29,189 nucleotides of DNA, from the UHGV virus genome UHGV-0245401; one strand, written 5' to 3'. This document shows positions 1 through 8,933 of this stretch, in pieces (within the stretch, counting starts at the first letter, position 1; every line of letters starts with the position of its first letter). The stretch is from a virus. The position numbers were made by a program, and so were the translations under genes. Below the pieces are notes generated by a model that had not been told where the DNA came from, searched no databases, and saw only the letters and a list, made by a program, of their open reading frames with translations.

Positions 1-365
1 CCTACCAGTTTCTCGGTGTGGGTGAGGAAAACATGACGCTTGCCGGCGTGCTTTATCCCGAACTGACCGGCGGGAAGCTGACGATGACCACGCTCAGGCT
101 GATGGCAGAGGAAGGCCGGGCGTGGCCGTTGCTGGATGGCACCGGCATGATTTACGGCATGTATGTCATCAGCAGGGTGAGTGAAACAGGGAGTATTTTC
201 TTTGCAGACGGCACACCCAGAAAAATTGATTTTACGCTGTCGCTCACCCGCGTTGATGAATCACTGGCCGCGCTTTATGGCGATATCGGTAAACAGGCGG
301 AATCGCTCATCGGTAAAGCTGGCAGTATGGCGACCAGATTCACGGGTATGACGGGGGCGGGATAA
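1..365 (+). CDS. U: Tail protein gpU, C-terminal part; the gene is split by the window boundary and continues from 29075-29189
   Basis: Reading frame is open from position 1 and ends at TAA 363-365. Translation (…YQFLGVGEENMTLAGVLYPELTGGKLTMTTLRLMAEEGRAWPLLDG…) matches P2 gpU from memory. Joining window end to start gives exactly 480 nt (159 aa plus stop). Confidence 0.85.
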   Translation, partial: YQFLGVGEENMTLAGVLYPELTGGKLTMTTLRLMAEEGRAWPLLDGTGMIYGMYVISRVSETGSIFFADGTPRKIDFTLSLTRVDESLAALYGDIGKQAESLIGKAGSMATRFTGMTGAG

Positions 366-1528
366 TGCTGGATGCACTGACATTTGATGCAGGCAGTACG
401 CTGACGCCGGATTACATGCTGATGCTCGACAGCAGGGATATTACCGGCAATATCAGCGACCGTCTGATGAGCATGACCCTGACGGATAACCGGGGCTTTG
501 AGGCTGACCAGCTTGATATTGAACTGAACGATGCCGACGGGCAGGTCGGGCTGCCGGTTCGTGGCGCTGTCCTGACGGTGTATATCGGCTGGAAAGGTTT
601 TGCCCTGGTATGCAAAGGGAAATTTACCGTTGATGAGGTTGAACACCGGGGCGCACCGGATGTGGTCACCATCCGCGCCCGGAGTGCAGATTTTCGCGGG
701 ACGCTCAATTCCCGCCGTGAAGGCTCATGGCATGACACCACGCTCGGTGCGATTGTTGAGGCGATAGCCTCCCGTAATAAGCTGGAAGCCAGTGTCGCGC
801 CGTCACTGGCAGGAATTAAAATCCCGCACATCGACCAGTCGCAGGAGTCTGATGCGAAATTCCTGACCCGTCTTGCAGAACGCAACGGCGGTGAGGTGTC
901 GGTAAAAATGGGAAAACTGTTGTTTCTCAAAGCGGGGCAGGGGGTGACGGCCAGCGGTAAAAAAATCCCGCAGATTACCATCACCCGCAGCGACGGCGAC
1001 CGCCATCATTTTGCGATTGCTGACCGTGGAGCCTATACCGGCGTAACGGCAAAGTGGTTACACACCAAAGACCCGAAGCCACAAAAGCAGAAGGTAAAAC
1101 TGAAACGCAAAAAGAAAGAGAAACACCTGCGCGCACTGGAGCACCCGAAAGCGAAACCAGTCACGCAGAAGAAAGCGCCAAAAGTACCGGAAGCGCGCGA
1201 AGGTGAATACATGGCAGGTGAGGCTGACAACGTTTTTGCCCTGACCACGGTATATGCCACGAAAGCGCAGGCCATGCGCGCCGCTCAGGCGAAGTGGGAT
1301 AAGCTGCAACGGGGTGTTGCGGAATTCTCCATCAGTCTGGCTACTGGTCGGGCAGATATTTATACGGAAACGCCGGTCAAAGTGTCAGGCTTTAAGCGCG
1401 TCATAGACGAGCAGGACTGGACAATCACTAAGGTGACACATTTTCTGAATAATAGCGGCTTCACGACGTCCTTAGAGCTTGAGGTCAGGCTTTCTGATGT
1501 GGAGTACGAAACAGAAGATGATGAATGA
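365..1528 (+). CDS. D: Tail protein gpD (387 aa)
   Basis: 387-aa ORF whose ATG overlaps the U stop (ATAATG). Same length and position as P2 D, between U and ogr. Contains a lysine-rich tract. Confidence 0.9.
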   Translation: MLDALTFDAGSTLTPDYMLMLDSRDITGNISDRLMSMTLTDNRGFEADQLDIELNDADGQVGLPVRGAVLTVYIGWKGFALVCKGKFTVDEVEHRGAPDVVTIRARSADFRGTLNSRREGSWHDTTLGAIVEAIASRNKLEASVAPSLAGIKIPHIDQSQESDAKFLTRLAERNGGEVSVKMGKLLFLKAGQGVTASGKKIPQITITRSDGDRHHFAIADRGAYTGVTAKWLHTKDPKPQKQKVKLKRKKKEKHLRALEHPKAKPVTQKKAPKVPEAREGEYMAGEADNVFALTTVYATKAQAMRAAQAKWDKLQRGVAEFSISLATGRADIYTETPVKVSGFKRVIDEQDWTITKVTHFLNNSGFTTSLELEVRLSDVEYETEDDE

Positions 1529-1610
1529 TGTTTTTTATTTTATCTGTTTGTTTTATAAGGATAAATTAACTAAAATGGCACCATCAACAAAACCGGAAGA
1601 GGTGCTCGCG

Positions 1611-1829
1611 ATGTTTCATTGTCCTTTATGCCAGCATGCCGCACATGCGCGTACAAGTCGCTATATCACTGACACGACAAAAGAGCGTTATCACCAGTGC
1701 CAGAACGTGAATTGCAGCGCCACGTTCATCACTTATGAGTCGGTACAGCGATACATCGTGAAGCCGGGAGAAGTCCACGCCGTAAAACCGCACCCGTTGC
1801 CGTCAGGGCAGCAAATTATGTGGATGTAA
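1611..1829 (+). CDS. ogr: Ogr, zinc-finger activator of late transcription (72 aa)
   Basis: MFHCPLCQHAAHARTSRYITDTTKERYHQCQNVNCSATF… with a C-x2-C…C-x4-C zinc-finger pattern and the 72-aa length of P2 Ogr. The longer upstream ATG at 1479 was rejected. Confidence 0.9.
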   Translation: MFHCPLCQHAAHARTSRYITDTTKERYHQCQNVNCSATFITYESVQRYIVKPGEVHAVKPHPLPSGQQIMWM

Positions 1830-1840
1830 TTACAAACAGA

Positions 1841-1870
1841 AAGCCCCTCAGTCGAGGGGCTTTCTGTTTT
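1841..1870 (+). terminator. Intrinsic terminator after ogr
   Basis: GC-rich hairpin GCCCCTC-agtc-GAGGGGC followed by TTTCTGTTTT. Confidence 0.7.
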
Positions 1871-1969
1871 GGGGAATATTCTTCATTAAAAGTAGTGGAT
1901 CACGTTTAATAAACTATGTTTATCATATACTTAAAAGTCAATCTTTAAAGTTGGACAGGTTGGTGGAAA

Positions 1970-2611
1970 ATGGAAAAAGTTATAATTGAGCTTGATAATC
2001 GTTGGGAGTTAGCTGATTTCGCGGTCTTAACGAAAGAGTATTTGCAGCTATATGGTTTTTTTTATGGCCTAAAAGGAGGATCAAGAGGATATTCAACAAT
2101 GCCTTGGGAGGGTGGGCACAGTGTGGTGAACTTTTTTAGAGGGGCTTACAGTGCGACTCCACCAGATTTACGTCCTGTAGTGAAAAAAATTCAGTATGCC
2201 TCTCCTGGCTTTATTGAATTGTCTGCTCTTATTGATATCTCTTGGCAGATTGCTGAGTTAGTTACTGCTGTTGGTGGAAGTATTCTGGCTGCCAACAAAG
2301 TTTACGATCAGGTGATGCGTACATATCGACAAAGAGAATGGGCAAAGTTGAAATCAGAGAAGCTGCGTATACAGAATCAAATTAAAGAGATTGAACTTGT
2401 TTCTGACGCAGTTAAATCACTTGAATCTGTGATGGCACTTAGTGAAGAACAACGTAAAAACTTGGTTCAACTATCGGGGGCAGATGAACTGGTTCAGTTA
2501 AAGATACTTTTGGCTGTTTACCGACGGTTATCTCCTCTTGTTGAGTTGCAAAACAGCGGGAAAGCTAATTTTTCTGCTGGGAAAAATAAAAATTTAAAAG
2601 CGTCCGATTAA
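1970..2611 (+). CDS. Hypothetical 213-aa protein of unknown function, an AT-rich moron between ogr and attP
   Basis: Uninterrupted 213-codon ORF in a visibly AT-rich island. GGTGG Shine-Dalgarno-like motif about 7 nt upstream of the ATG, with TATACT (-10-like) at 1926-1931. The C-terminal half is rich in K/E/L/Q heptad-like sequence and there is a hydrophobic stretch around aa 80-110. No family recognised. Confidence 0.65.
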   Translation: MEKVIIELDNRWELADFAVLTKEYLQLYGFFYGLKGGSRGYSTMPWEGGHSVVNFFRGAYSATPPDLRPVVKKIQYASPGFIELSALIDISWQIAELVTAVGGSILAANKVYDQVMRTYRQREWAKLKSEKLRIQNQIKEIELVSDAVKSLESVMALSEEQRKNLVQLSGADELVQLKILLAVYRRLSPLVELQNSGKANFSAGKNKNLKASD

Positions 2612-2619
2612 ACGGACGC

Positions 2620-2856
2620 TGAACGATGTGGACGCTATGTGGACAGCGGTTGACATAAATCCATTTATATCATCAGGTTAGGTGCTTTTTTGTGACACCA
2701 TCCCTGTCTTCCCCCACATGATGTGGGGGTTTTTTTTATCAATTACTTACATGCAATCAAAAGTAAAAACAGGTACTTATCGAAAGCTGTAAGGGTTTGG
2801 AGCGGTTTCAAAATTTCTTGAGTGTGGACACTATGTGGACACTCAGAGGGGGAAAT
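2620..2856. other. Putative attP region with integrase arm-type repeats (TGTGGAC-N4-TGTGGACA at 2627-2645 and 2823-2841)
   Basis: Two tandem TGTGGACA-type direct repeats flank about 170 bp directly downstream of the int 3' end. They resemble the arm-type Int sites I recall for P2, but the P2 core sequence itself is not present. Confidence 0.5.
2709..2738 (+). terminator. Hairpin plus T-run (CCCCCACAT-g-ATGTGGGGG-TTTTTTTT); terminator-like, possibly part of the att core
   Basis: Perfect 9-bp inverted repeat followed by eight T residues on the + strand. Confidence 0.5.
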
Positions 2857-3867
2857 TTATAACGTCACTCCGCCTTTTAGTGGATTCAGAGCGACGGCAT
2901 TTTGCAGATAGTCAGGCGCAAGGTGCGCATAGGCCATCGTCTGCTGAATGCTCGCATGTCCCAGAATCTGTTGCAGTGCGATTATATTGCCCCCATTCAT
3001 CATGAAATGGCTTGCGAATGTATGCCGCAGGATATGGGTTGCCTGATTGGGTGGTATATCAGGTTTCACTCTGCGTAAAATCCCGCAAAATTTCTCATAA
3101 TCAACTTTGAATAATTTGGCGCTGGCCTCCTCTTTAACTTTTTTCTCCAGTTCCTCAGAAATCGGCACGGTTCGCTTTTTACCGTTTTTGGTTTTCAGGA
3201 AGGTAACCCTGCAATTTGTAATCTGTGCTGGTTTTAGCGTGGCAACTTCCGTCCATCTTCCTCCAGTGCTCAGACATAAAAGCGCGACAAGTAAGTCATC
3301 ACCAGCCAAAACATTTAACAGTTTTTCGATTTCTGCTTTTTCCAGGAACGTCATTTCAGGGTTGGCCTCCGCCAGTGGCGGCAGTCCGTGAATTGGGTGT
3401 TGCCCGGAAAATTCATCCAATTGAATTAATTTTGTGAACATGCCGGATAATCGGTACATGTCACGGTTTATCGTTGCGGCACTGATACCATCACGTAGTC
3501 GCATGGAACGATAATCCATCAAAGCCCTTTTGCTCATCCTGTTCACTGGTATATCACCTATGCCGCTGATGGTTTTGAGTAGATGATTAAACTCTTTTGT
3601 TCCATGCTCGTGGTTTTGCCCGTGATATTTCCACCAGATGTCCAGCAACTCACTCAAAGTCCGGCGGTCTGCTCGCTGGCCTCCCCATTCTTTCTGACTG
3701 GCATTGGCGATTGTGTATCGCTCAAATGCTAGTGCTTCAGCTTTTCTTTCGAATTTCCTGCGGATGCGTTTTCCGTCGCGACCGCGAGGTCTAATGTCCA
3801 CTTCATAGCGACCATCATCGAGCTTCTTAATTGCCATAAGAAAGCCCTCCGGCGCTGTATTCACCAT
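2857..3867 (-). CDS. int: Tyrosine integrase (336 aa)
   Basis: C-terminal catalytic region …ATHILRHTFASHFMMNGGNIIALQQILGHASIQQTMAYAHLAPDY… is typical of the tyrosine-recombinase R-H-R-Y fold. Position between attP and repressor C matches P2. Confidence 0.92.
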   Translation of the reverse strand: MVNTAPEGFLMAIKKLDDGRYEVDIRPRGRDGKRIRRKFERKAEALAFERYTIANASQKEWGGQRADRRTLSELLDIWWKYHGQNHEHGTKEFNHLLKTISGIGDIPVNRMSKRALMDYRSMRLRDGISAATINRDMYRLSGMFTKLIQLDEFSGQHPIHGLPPLAEANPEMTFLEKAEIEKLLNVLAGDDLLVALLCLSTGGRWTEVATLKPAQITNCRVTFLKTKNGKKRTVPISEELEKKVKEEASAKLFKVDYEKFCGILRRVKPDIPPNQATHILRHTFASHFMMNGGNIIALQQILGHASIQQTMAYAHLAPDYLQNAVALNPLKGGVTL

Positions 3868-3906
3868 CTTGGTAGCAAATGGTGAAAATGTAATCTTTAT
3901 ATAGAG

Positions 3907-4200
3907 TTATCCAATCCTTTTCTCGGAGTGGTTGGACTCTGTTGACTCTGGCCCAATGTGCGCGAGAGCCGGTGCGATTTGTCCTGCGTCCGGCGCGGTT
4001 TTATCTGTCATAAGCCATAAAGCATATTTTTGGAATGTGGGATGCATAGTGATTTTTAGCAAAGCTGTGCCACCGGGTTCAAAGTTTCCTCCTTCATATT
4101 TTTTAAGTGTGCTTAGCGGTAACTCTATGATTTCACAGAATTTTGATTGGCTTAGCCCTTCAGCCTCACGCAAGGCCTTAATCTTTTCGCTTAATTTCAT
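3907..4200 (-). CDS. C: Immunity repressor C (97 aa)
   Basis: Small ORF immediately upstream of int on the same strand and divergent from cox. Sequence (…GQIAPALAH…) and position resemble P2 C. Confidence 0.8.
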   Translation of the reverse strand: MKLSEKIKALREAEGLSQSKFCEIIELPLSTLKKYEGGNFEPGGTALLKITMHPTFQKYALWLMTDKTAPDAGQIAPALAHIGPESTESNHSEKRIG

Positions 4201-4321
4201 TTGACATGGTGCCTATATATGGACTAAATTCCCTCAAAACTGGAACCTATATAGGTTCCATTGATTTGAGAATAAACCAGCGTCTAAACGGTTTTGAGTG
4301 GTTTAGAAAGGGCTGGATCCT
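4201..4321. promoter_or_regulatory. Immunity switch region with divergent early (Pe) and repressor (Pc) promoters and operator repeats
   Basis: TTGACA at 4201-4206 with a 17-bp spacer and CTAAAT as a candidate rightward promoter. Repeated CCTATATA(T)GG motif at 4212-4222 and within the perfect 20-bp palindrome TGGAACCTATATAGGTTCCA at 4241-4260. Confidence 0.5.
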
Positions 4322-4609
4322 ATGAGGGTACCATATATGGACGCTGAAAATTATGTGATTCAGTATCCGCTTGATGCGGTTCATGTGGATAAATTTGCTG
4401 ATTTATTAGGGAAGCCAAAGACAGCCGTCAGTGAAATGGTGAAGGCAAATAAATTACCAATTATTGAATTGCGTGATCCTTGCAAACCGAAGGCTCGTGC
4501 CGGTGAAAAATGGGTTTTCATTCCTGAGTTTAATCGCGCTGTACGTGAGGCGTTTTATAACCGACCGGTTGAACAGCGTGATGCATGGCTTTTGTGGATG
4601 GGGTTGTGA
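4322..4609 (+). CDS. cox: Cox-like excisionase and early-operon regulator (alternative start at 4337)
   Basis: First gene of the rightward operon, about 90-95 aa, with a C-terminal …RDAWLLWMGL like P2 Cox. Confidence 0.75.
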   Translation: MRVPYMDAENYVIQYPLDAVHVDKFADLLGKPKTAVSEMVKANKLPIIELRDPCKPKARAGEKWVFIPEFNRAVREAFYNRPVEQRDAWLLWMGL

Positions 4610-4611
4610 TT

Positions 4612-4782
4612 ATGAATGAGCCGCGTTGTATTGCTCAGTTACTGCGTAACGAAAGCCCCAGGGCGATTGACTTCACCATCACCCACGGGAAGGGTCGCAA
4701 GGGAATCATTATCCGCACCAAAAAACAGAGTCCGTTAAAAAAGGCTCTGACCTTTCTGAAAAGCCGGAGGTTCTGGAAATGA
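4612..4782 (+). CDS. Small hypothetical protein in the orf78 position, 56 aa
   Basis: ORF between cox and B, starting 3 nt after the cox stop. Start chosen by position only. Confidence 0.4.
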   Translation: MNEPRCIAQLLRNESPRAIDFTITHGKGRKGIIIRTKKQSPLKKALTFLKSRRFWK

Positions 4783-5279
4783 CAGTGATGACGCTCAATC
4801 TCGTCGAAAAACAGCCAGCAACTATGCGCCGGATAATTGGTAAGCATCTGGCCGTCCCTCGCTGGCAGGATACATGTGATTATTATAATCAGATGATGGA
4901 GCGCGAACGGTTAACGGTTTGCTTTCATGCGCAGTTAAAACAGCGTCACGCAACGATGCGTTTTGAAGAAATGAACGACGTCGAACGTGAACGGCTGGTT
5001 TGTGCAATTGATGAATTGCGTGGGGCATTCTCAAAACGCCGTCAGGTTGGCGCAAGTGAGTATGCATATATTAGTTTTTTAACAGTCAGTCAGCGTCGTA
5101 CTTTATTTATGCATGCCGGATTGACTGAAAAAGAATTCAACCAGCCATACTGGCGAATTAATGAAGAGTCATGTTACTGGCGTGATGCTTTATTCCGTGC
5201 ATTACGTGAATTATTCAGCCTGTTTGAGTATGCACCGACAATTCTGACGTCGGTAAAACCAGAGCAATATCTGCATTAA
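4779..5279 (+). CDS. B: Replication protein B (166 aa)
   Basis: 166-aa ORF, the same length and position as P2 B, overlapping the previous stop (ATGA). Confidence 0.85.
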   Translation: MTVMTLNLVEKQPATMRRIIGKHLAVPRWQDTCDYYNQMMERERLTVCFHAQLKQRHATMRFEEMNDVERERLVCAIDELRGAFSKRRQVGASEYAYISFLTVSQRRTLFMHAGLTEKEFNQPYWRINEESCYWRDALFRALRELFSLFEYAPTILTSVKPEQYLH

Positions 5280-5342
5280 GTAATTAACCAGAGTTTTTAA
5301 CGCACTTAATCGTGCGGGGCTTCTTTTTGCCTGGAGAAAGTC

Positions 5343-5567
5343 ATGCATACAGTTTCTGAAAATCAGTGCGGTAAATACGCATTACTGCTGCAACAGGCCA
5401 GAACCGAAGCACAGGCCGACGCTGCGACGCGCTTTTCTTCTCATCTTGACGCCATGATTCGCCATATCACAAAGGCGGAGTTATCCCGCGTGGAGATAGT
5501 CGAGCTGCTCAGTCAGGAGTCGGAAAAATTTCACAATATCGGATTGTCTCGCGGGGAGGTGCTTTGA
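5343..5567 (+). CDS. Hypothetical early protein in the orf80 position
   Basis: 74-aa ORF with AGGAG-like RBS context (ggagaaagtcATG), in the conserved P2 early-gene position. Confidence 0.6.
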   Translation: MHTVSENQCGKYALLLQQARTEAQADAATRFSSHLDAMIRHITKAELSRVEIVELLSQESEKFHNIGLSRGEVL

Positions 5568-5869
5568 TGTCCTGTTCTCATTCAGTTGTATTACTGAATA
5601 ACGCCTTAAAAATCGCCGTTATGAAAAATGGCGATTTGTCTCTTATTCAACTTTGTCTTGATAAAGAAAAACGCGACATAACTGAATCTGTTATCGCGAT
5701 TTATCAGAATGAATTAAACCTCCTGTCTGATGTGGTCAATTTACTTGTTAAACGCGCTGTATTTCATAAGCAAATTTCATCCGTGGATGAACTGACAAAA
5801 TTAACGACAGAAATCGCCAGCTATTGCGCTGATGAATTTAAGAAGCTGAACGACAAAAGGAGCTGGTAA
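5564..5869 (+). CDS. Hypothetical early protein in the orf81 position
   Basis: 101-aa ORF translationally coupled to the previous gene (overlapping stop and start). AT-rich. Confidence 0.6.
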   Translation: MMSCSHSVVLLNNALKIAVMKNGDLSLIQLCLDKEKRDITESVIAIYQNELNLLSDVVNLLVKRAVFHKQISSVDELTKLTTEIASYCADEFKKLNDKRSW

Positions 5870-6093
5870 TGCCGGACAACATAGATTTTATTCAGGAACA
5901 ACAGGCTGAATTACTGGAGCGCCAGATTAACGCGGCAAGGGTAAAACATTGCGGTGTTTCTGCGCTGGTTTGCGAAGAGTGTGACGCGCCAATACCTGCT
6001 GCCCGTCGTGCAGCTTATCCGTCAGCCACGCGTTGTGTTTCCTGCCAGTCAGTCTTTGAAGCAAAAAACAAGCATTACCGGAGAATGGCATGA
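5869..6093 (+). CDS. Zinc-finger protein, TraR/DksA-like C4 type, in the orf82 position
   Basis: C-x2-C…C-x2-C motif (CEECDAP…CVSCQ) in a 74-aa protein with start overlapping the preceding stop. Confidence 0.7.
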   Translation: MPDNIDFIQEQQAELLERQINAARVKHCGVSALVCEECDAPIPAARRAAYPSATRCVSCQSVFEAKNKHYRRMA

Positions 6094-6365
6094 GTATTCG
6101 TATCGAAATTGGCGAACGTTATGTCGTTACCAGTGACAGCTTTCAGTTTATTCTCCACGAGAAAAAGAGAGCGGAAAGCGGTAAAAACGCCGGTCAGGAA
6201 TGGCTGGCGGTGGTTGGTTATTACCCGAAATTAAGCCAGCTCGTTTCCGGCCTGATGCATCACGATATTCTGACCGGAAGCGCAAAGTCTTTTGCTGATT
6301 TAAACGCGCAGGTTGAGCAACTCAGCAAGCGTTGTTCTGAGGCTTTTGGCTCATATGGCCGTTAA
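6090..6365 (+). CDS. Hypothetical early protein in the orf83 position
   Basis: 91-aa ORF overlapping both neighbours. Confidence 0.6.
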   Translation: MSIRIEIGERYVVTSDSFQFILHEKKRAESGKNAGQEWLAVVGYYPKLSQLVSGLMHHDILTGSAKSFADLNAQVEQLSKRCSEAFGSYGR

Positions 6366-8631
6366 AGCCTCCGGGCGTTTTGTCCCTCCGTCAGCATTTG
6401 CCGCAGGCACCGGTAAGGCGTTTACCGGTGCTTATGCATGGAACGCGCCACGCGAGGCTGTCGGGCGCGAAAGACCTCTTACACGTGACGAGATGCGTCA
6501 GGTGCAAGGTGTTTTATCCACGATTAACCGCCTGCCTTACTTTTTGCGCTCGCTGTTTACTTCACGCTATGACTACATCCGGCGCAATAAAAGCCCGGTG
6601 CACGGGTTTTATTTCCTCACATCCACTTTTCAGCGTCGTTTATGGCCGCGCATTGAGCGTGTGAATCAGCGCCATGAAATGAACACCGACGCGTCGATGC
6701 TGTTTCTGGCAGAGCGTGACCACTATGCGCGCCTGCCGGGAATGAATGACAAGGAGCTGAAAAAGTTTGCCGCCCGTATCTCATCGCAGCTTTTCATGAT
6801 GTATGAGGAACTCAGCGATGCCTGGGTGGATGCGCATGGCGAGAAAGAATCGCTGTTTACGGATGAGGCGCAGGCTCACCTCTATGGTCATGTTGCTGGC
6901 GCTGCACGTGCTTTCAATATTTCCCCTCTCTACTGGAAAAAATACCGTAAAGGACAGATGACCACGAGGCAGGCATATTCTGCCATTGCCCGTCTGTTTA
7001 ACGATGAGTGGTGGACTCATCAGCTTAAAGGCCAGCGTATGCGCTGGCATGAAGCGTTACTGATAGCTGTCGGGGAGGTCAATAAAGACCGTTCTCCTTA
7101 TGCCAGTAAACATGCCATTCGTGATGTGCGTGCGCGCCGCCAGGCAAATCTGGAATTTCTTAAATCGTGTGACCTTGAAAACAGGGAAACCGGCGAGCGC
7201 ATCGACCTTATCAGTAAGGTGATGGGCAGTATTTCTAATCCTGAAATTCGCCGGATGGAGCTGATGAACACCATTGCCGGTATTGAGCGTTACGCCGCCG
7301 CAGAGGGTGATGTGGGGATGTTTATCACGCTGACCGCGCCGTCAAAGTATCACCCGGCACGTCAGGTCGGAAAAGGCGAAAGTAAAACCGTCCAGCTTAA
7401 TCACGGCTGGAATGATGAGGCATTTAATCCAAAGGATGCGCAGCGATATCTCTGCCGTATCTGGAGCCTGATGCGCACGGCATTCAAGGATAATGACTTA
7501 CAGGTCTACGGTTTGCGTGTCGTCGAGCCACACCACGACGGAACGCCGCACTGGCATATGATGCTTTTTTGTAATCCACGCCAGCGTAACCAGATTATTG
7601 AAATCATGCGTCGCTATGCGCTCAAAGAGGATGGCGACGAAAGAGGAGCCGCGCGAAACCGTTTTCAGGCAAAACACCTTAACCGGGGCGGTGCTGCGGG
7701 ATATATCGCGAAATACATCTCAAAAAACATCGACGGCTATGCACTGGATGGTCAGCTCGATAATGATACCGGTAGGCCGCTGAAAGATACTGCGGCGGCT
7801 GTTACCGCATGGGCATCAACGTGGCGCATCCCGCAATTTAAAACGGTTGGCCTGCCGACAATGGGAGCTTACCGTGAGCTACGTAAATTGCCTCGCGGCG
7901 TCAGCATTGCTGATGAATTTGACGAACGCGTGGAGGCTGCACGCGCCGCCGCAGACAGTGGCGATTTTGCGCTGTATATCAGCGCGCAGGGCGGGGCAAA
8001 TGTCCCGCGCGATTGTCAGACTGTCAGGGTCGCCCGTAGCCCGTCGGATGACGTTAACGAATACGAGGAAGAAGTCGAGAGAGTGGTCGGCATTTACGCG
8101 CCGCATCTCGGCGCGCGTCATATTCATATCACCAGAACGACGGACTGGCGCATTGTGCCGAAAGTTCCGGTCGTTGAGCCTTTGACTTTAAAAAGCGGCA
8201 TCGCCGCGCCTCGGAGTCCTGTCAATAACTGTGGAAAGCTCACCGGTGGTGATACTTCGTTACCGGCTCCCACACCTTCTGAGCACGCCGCAGCAGTGCT
8301 TAATCTGGTAGATGACGGTGTTATCGAATGGAGTGACCCGGAGGTCGTGATGGCGCTCAGGGGCGCATTAAAACACGGACTGAGAACACCAAATCGTCAG
8401 CAAAGAAACGGAAGCCCGTTAAAACCACATGAAATTGCACCATCGGCCAGACTGACCCGGTCGGAAAGAATGCAAATTACCCGTATCCGCGTTGACCTCG
8501 CTCAGAACGGTATCAGGCCGCAACGATGGGAGCTTGAGGCGCTGGCGCGTGGCGCGACCGTAAATTATGACGGGAAAAAATTCACGTATCCGGTTGCTGA
8601 TGAGTGGCCGGGGTTCTCGTTACCCATTTGA
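6355..8631 (+). CDS. A: Replication initiator A, rolling-circle nickase
   Basis: Large ORF with the HUH-type motif …GTPHWHMMLF… and the active-site tyrosine motif …AGYIAKYISKNIDG…. Start taken at MAVKASGRF (6355) rather than the upstream in-frame ATG at 6313. Confidence 0.9.
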   Translation: MAVKASGRFVPPSAFAAGTGKAFTGAYAWNAPREAVGRERPLTRDEMRQVQGVLSTINRLPYFLRSLFTSRYDYIRRNKSPVHGFYFLTSTFQRRLWPRIERVNQRHEMNTDASMLFLAERDHYARLPGMNDKELKKFAARISSQLFMMYEELSDAWVDAHGEKESLFTDEAQAHLYGHVAGAARAFNISPLYWKKYRKGQMTTRQAYSAIARLFNDEWWTHQLKGQRMRWHEALLIAVGEVNKDRSPYASKHAIRDVRARRQANLEFLKSCDLENRETGERIDLISKVMGSISNPEIRRMELMNTIAGIERYAAAEGDVGMFITLTAPSKYHPARQVGKGESKTVQLNHGWNDEAFNPKDAQRYLCRIWSLMRTAFKDNDLQVYGLRVVEPHHDGTPHWHMMLFCNPRQRNQIIEIMRRYALKEDGDERGAARNRFQAKHLNRGGAAGYIAKYISKNIDGYALDGQLDNDTGRPLKDTAAAVTAWASTWRIPQFKTVGLPTMGAYRELRKLPRGVSIADEFDERVEAARAAADSGDFALYISAQGGANVPRDCQTVRVARSPSDDVNEYEEEVERVVGIYAPHLGARHIHITRTTDWRIVPKVPVVEPLTLKSGIAAPRSPVNNCGKLTGGDTSLPAPTPSEHAAAVLNLVDDGVIEWSDPEVVMALRGALKHGLRTPNRQQRNGSPLKPHEIAPSARLTRSERMQITRIRVDLAQNGIRPQRWELEALARGATVNYDGKKFTYPVADEWPGFSLPI

Positions 8632-8846
8632 GTAAAAACACAACGTGATTTGATATGGCATTGAATGGCTTATGCGGAGCAGTTATGGGGCAGCAGAAGG
8701 TCAATAGCATGCTGAATTAGAAGGCTAAATGCTATTGAGTGACTAGCATGTCGGTAAGGACAGCCGTTTGATCCGGGTCATAAAAGGCCATCCATTTAGT
8801 CTAATAAAATCATTGCGGGTAACCTTATGTCGACGCATAATTCGTC

Positions 8847-8861
8847 TTGAGCGAAGTCTTG
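8847..8861 (+). repeat. 15-bp direct repeat TTGAGCGAAGTCTTG, copy 1 of 2
   Basis: Exact 15-mer also found at 9111-9125. Confidence 0.6.
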
Positions 8862-8890
8862 TCAGTCTTTCATCGTATTGATGATGGGCG

Positions 8891-8922
8891 CAAAAAAACC
8901 ACCCTGGCAGGTGGTTTTTTTG
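8891..8922. terminator. Bidirectional intrinsic terminator (A7-hairpin-T7)
   Basis: AAAAAAACCACCCTGGCAGGTGGTTTTTTT: a GC stem flanked by an A-run and a T-run, able to terminate gene A on + and the small ORF on -. Confidence 0.65.
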
Positions 8923-8933
8923 TTTGAAGCATA

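Noticed and set aside
1479-1829. Extended 116-aa version of ogr starting at the upstream ATG
   Set aside because: The extension overlaps the end of D and has an implausible N-terminus. The 72-aa form starting MFHCPLCQ matches the known Ogr length and zinc-finger layout.
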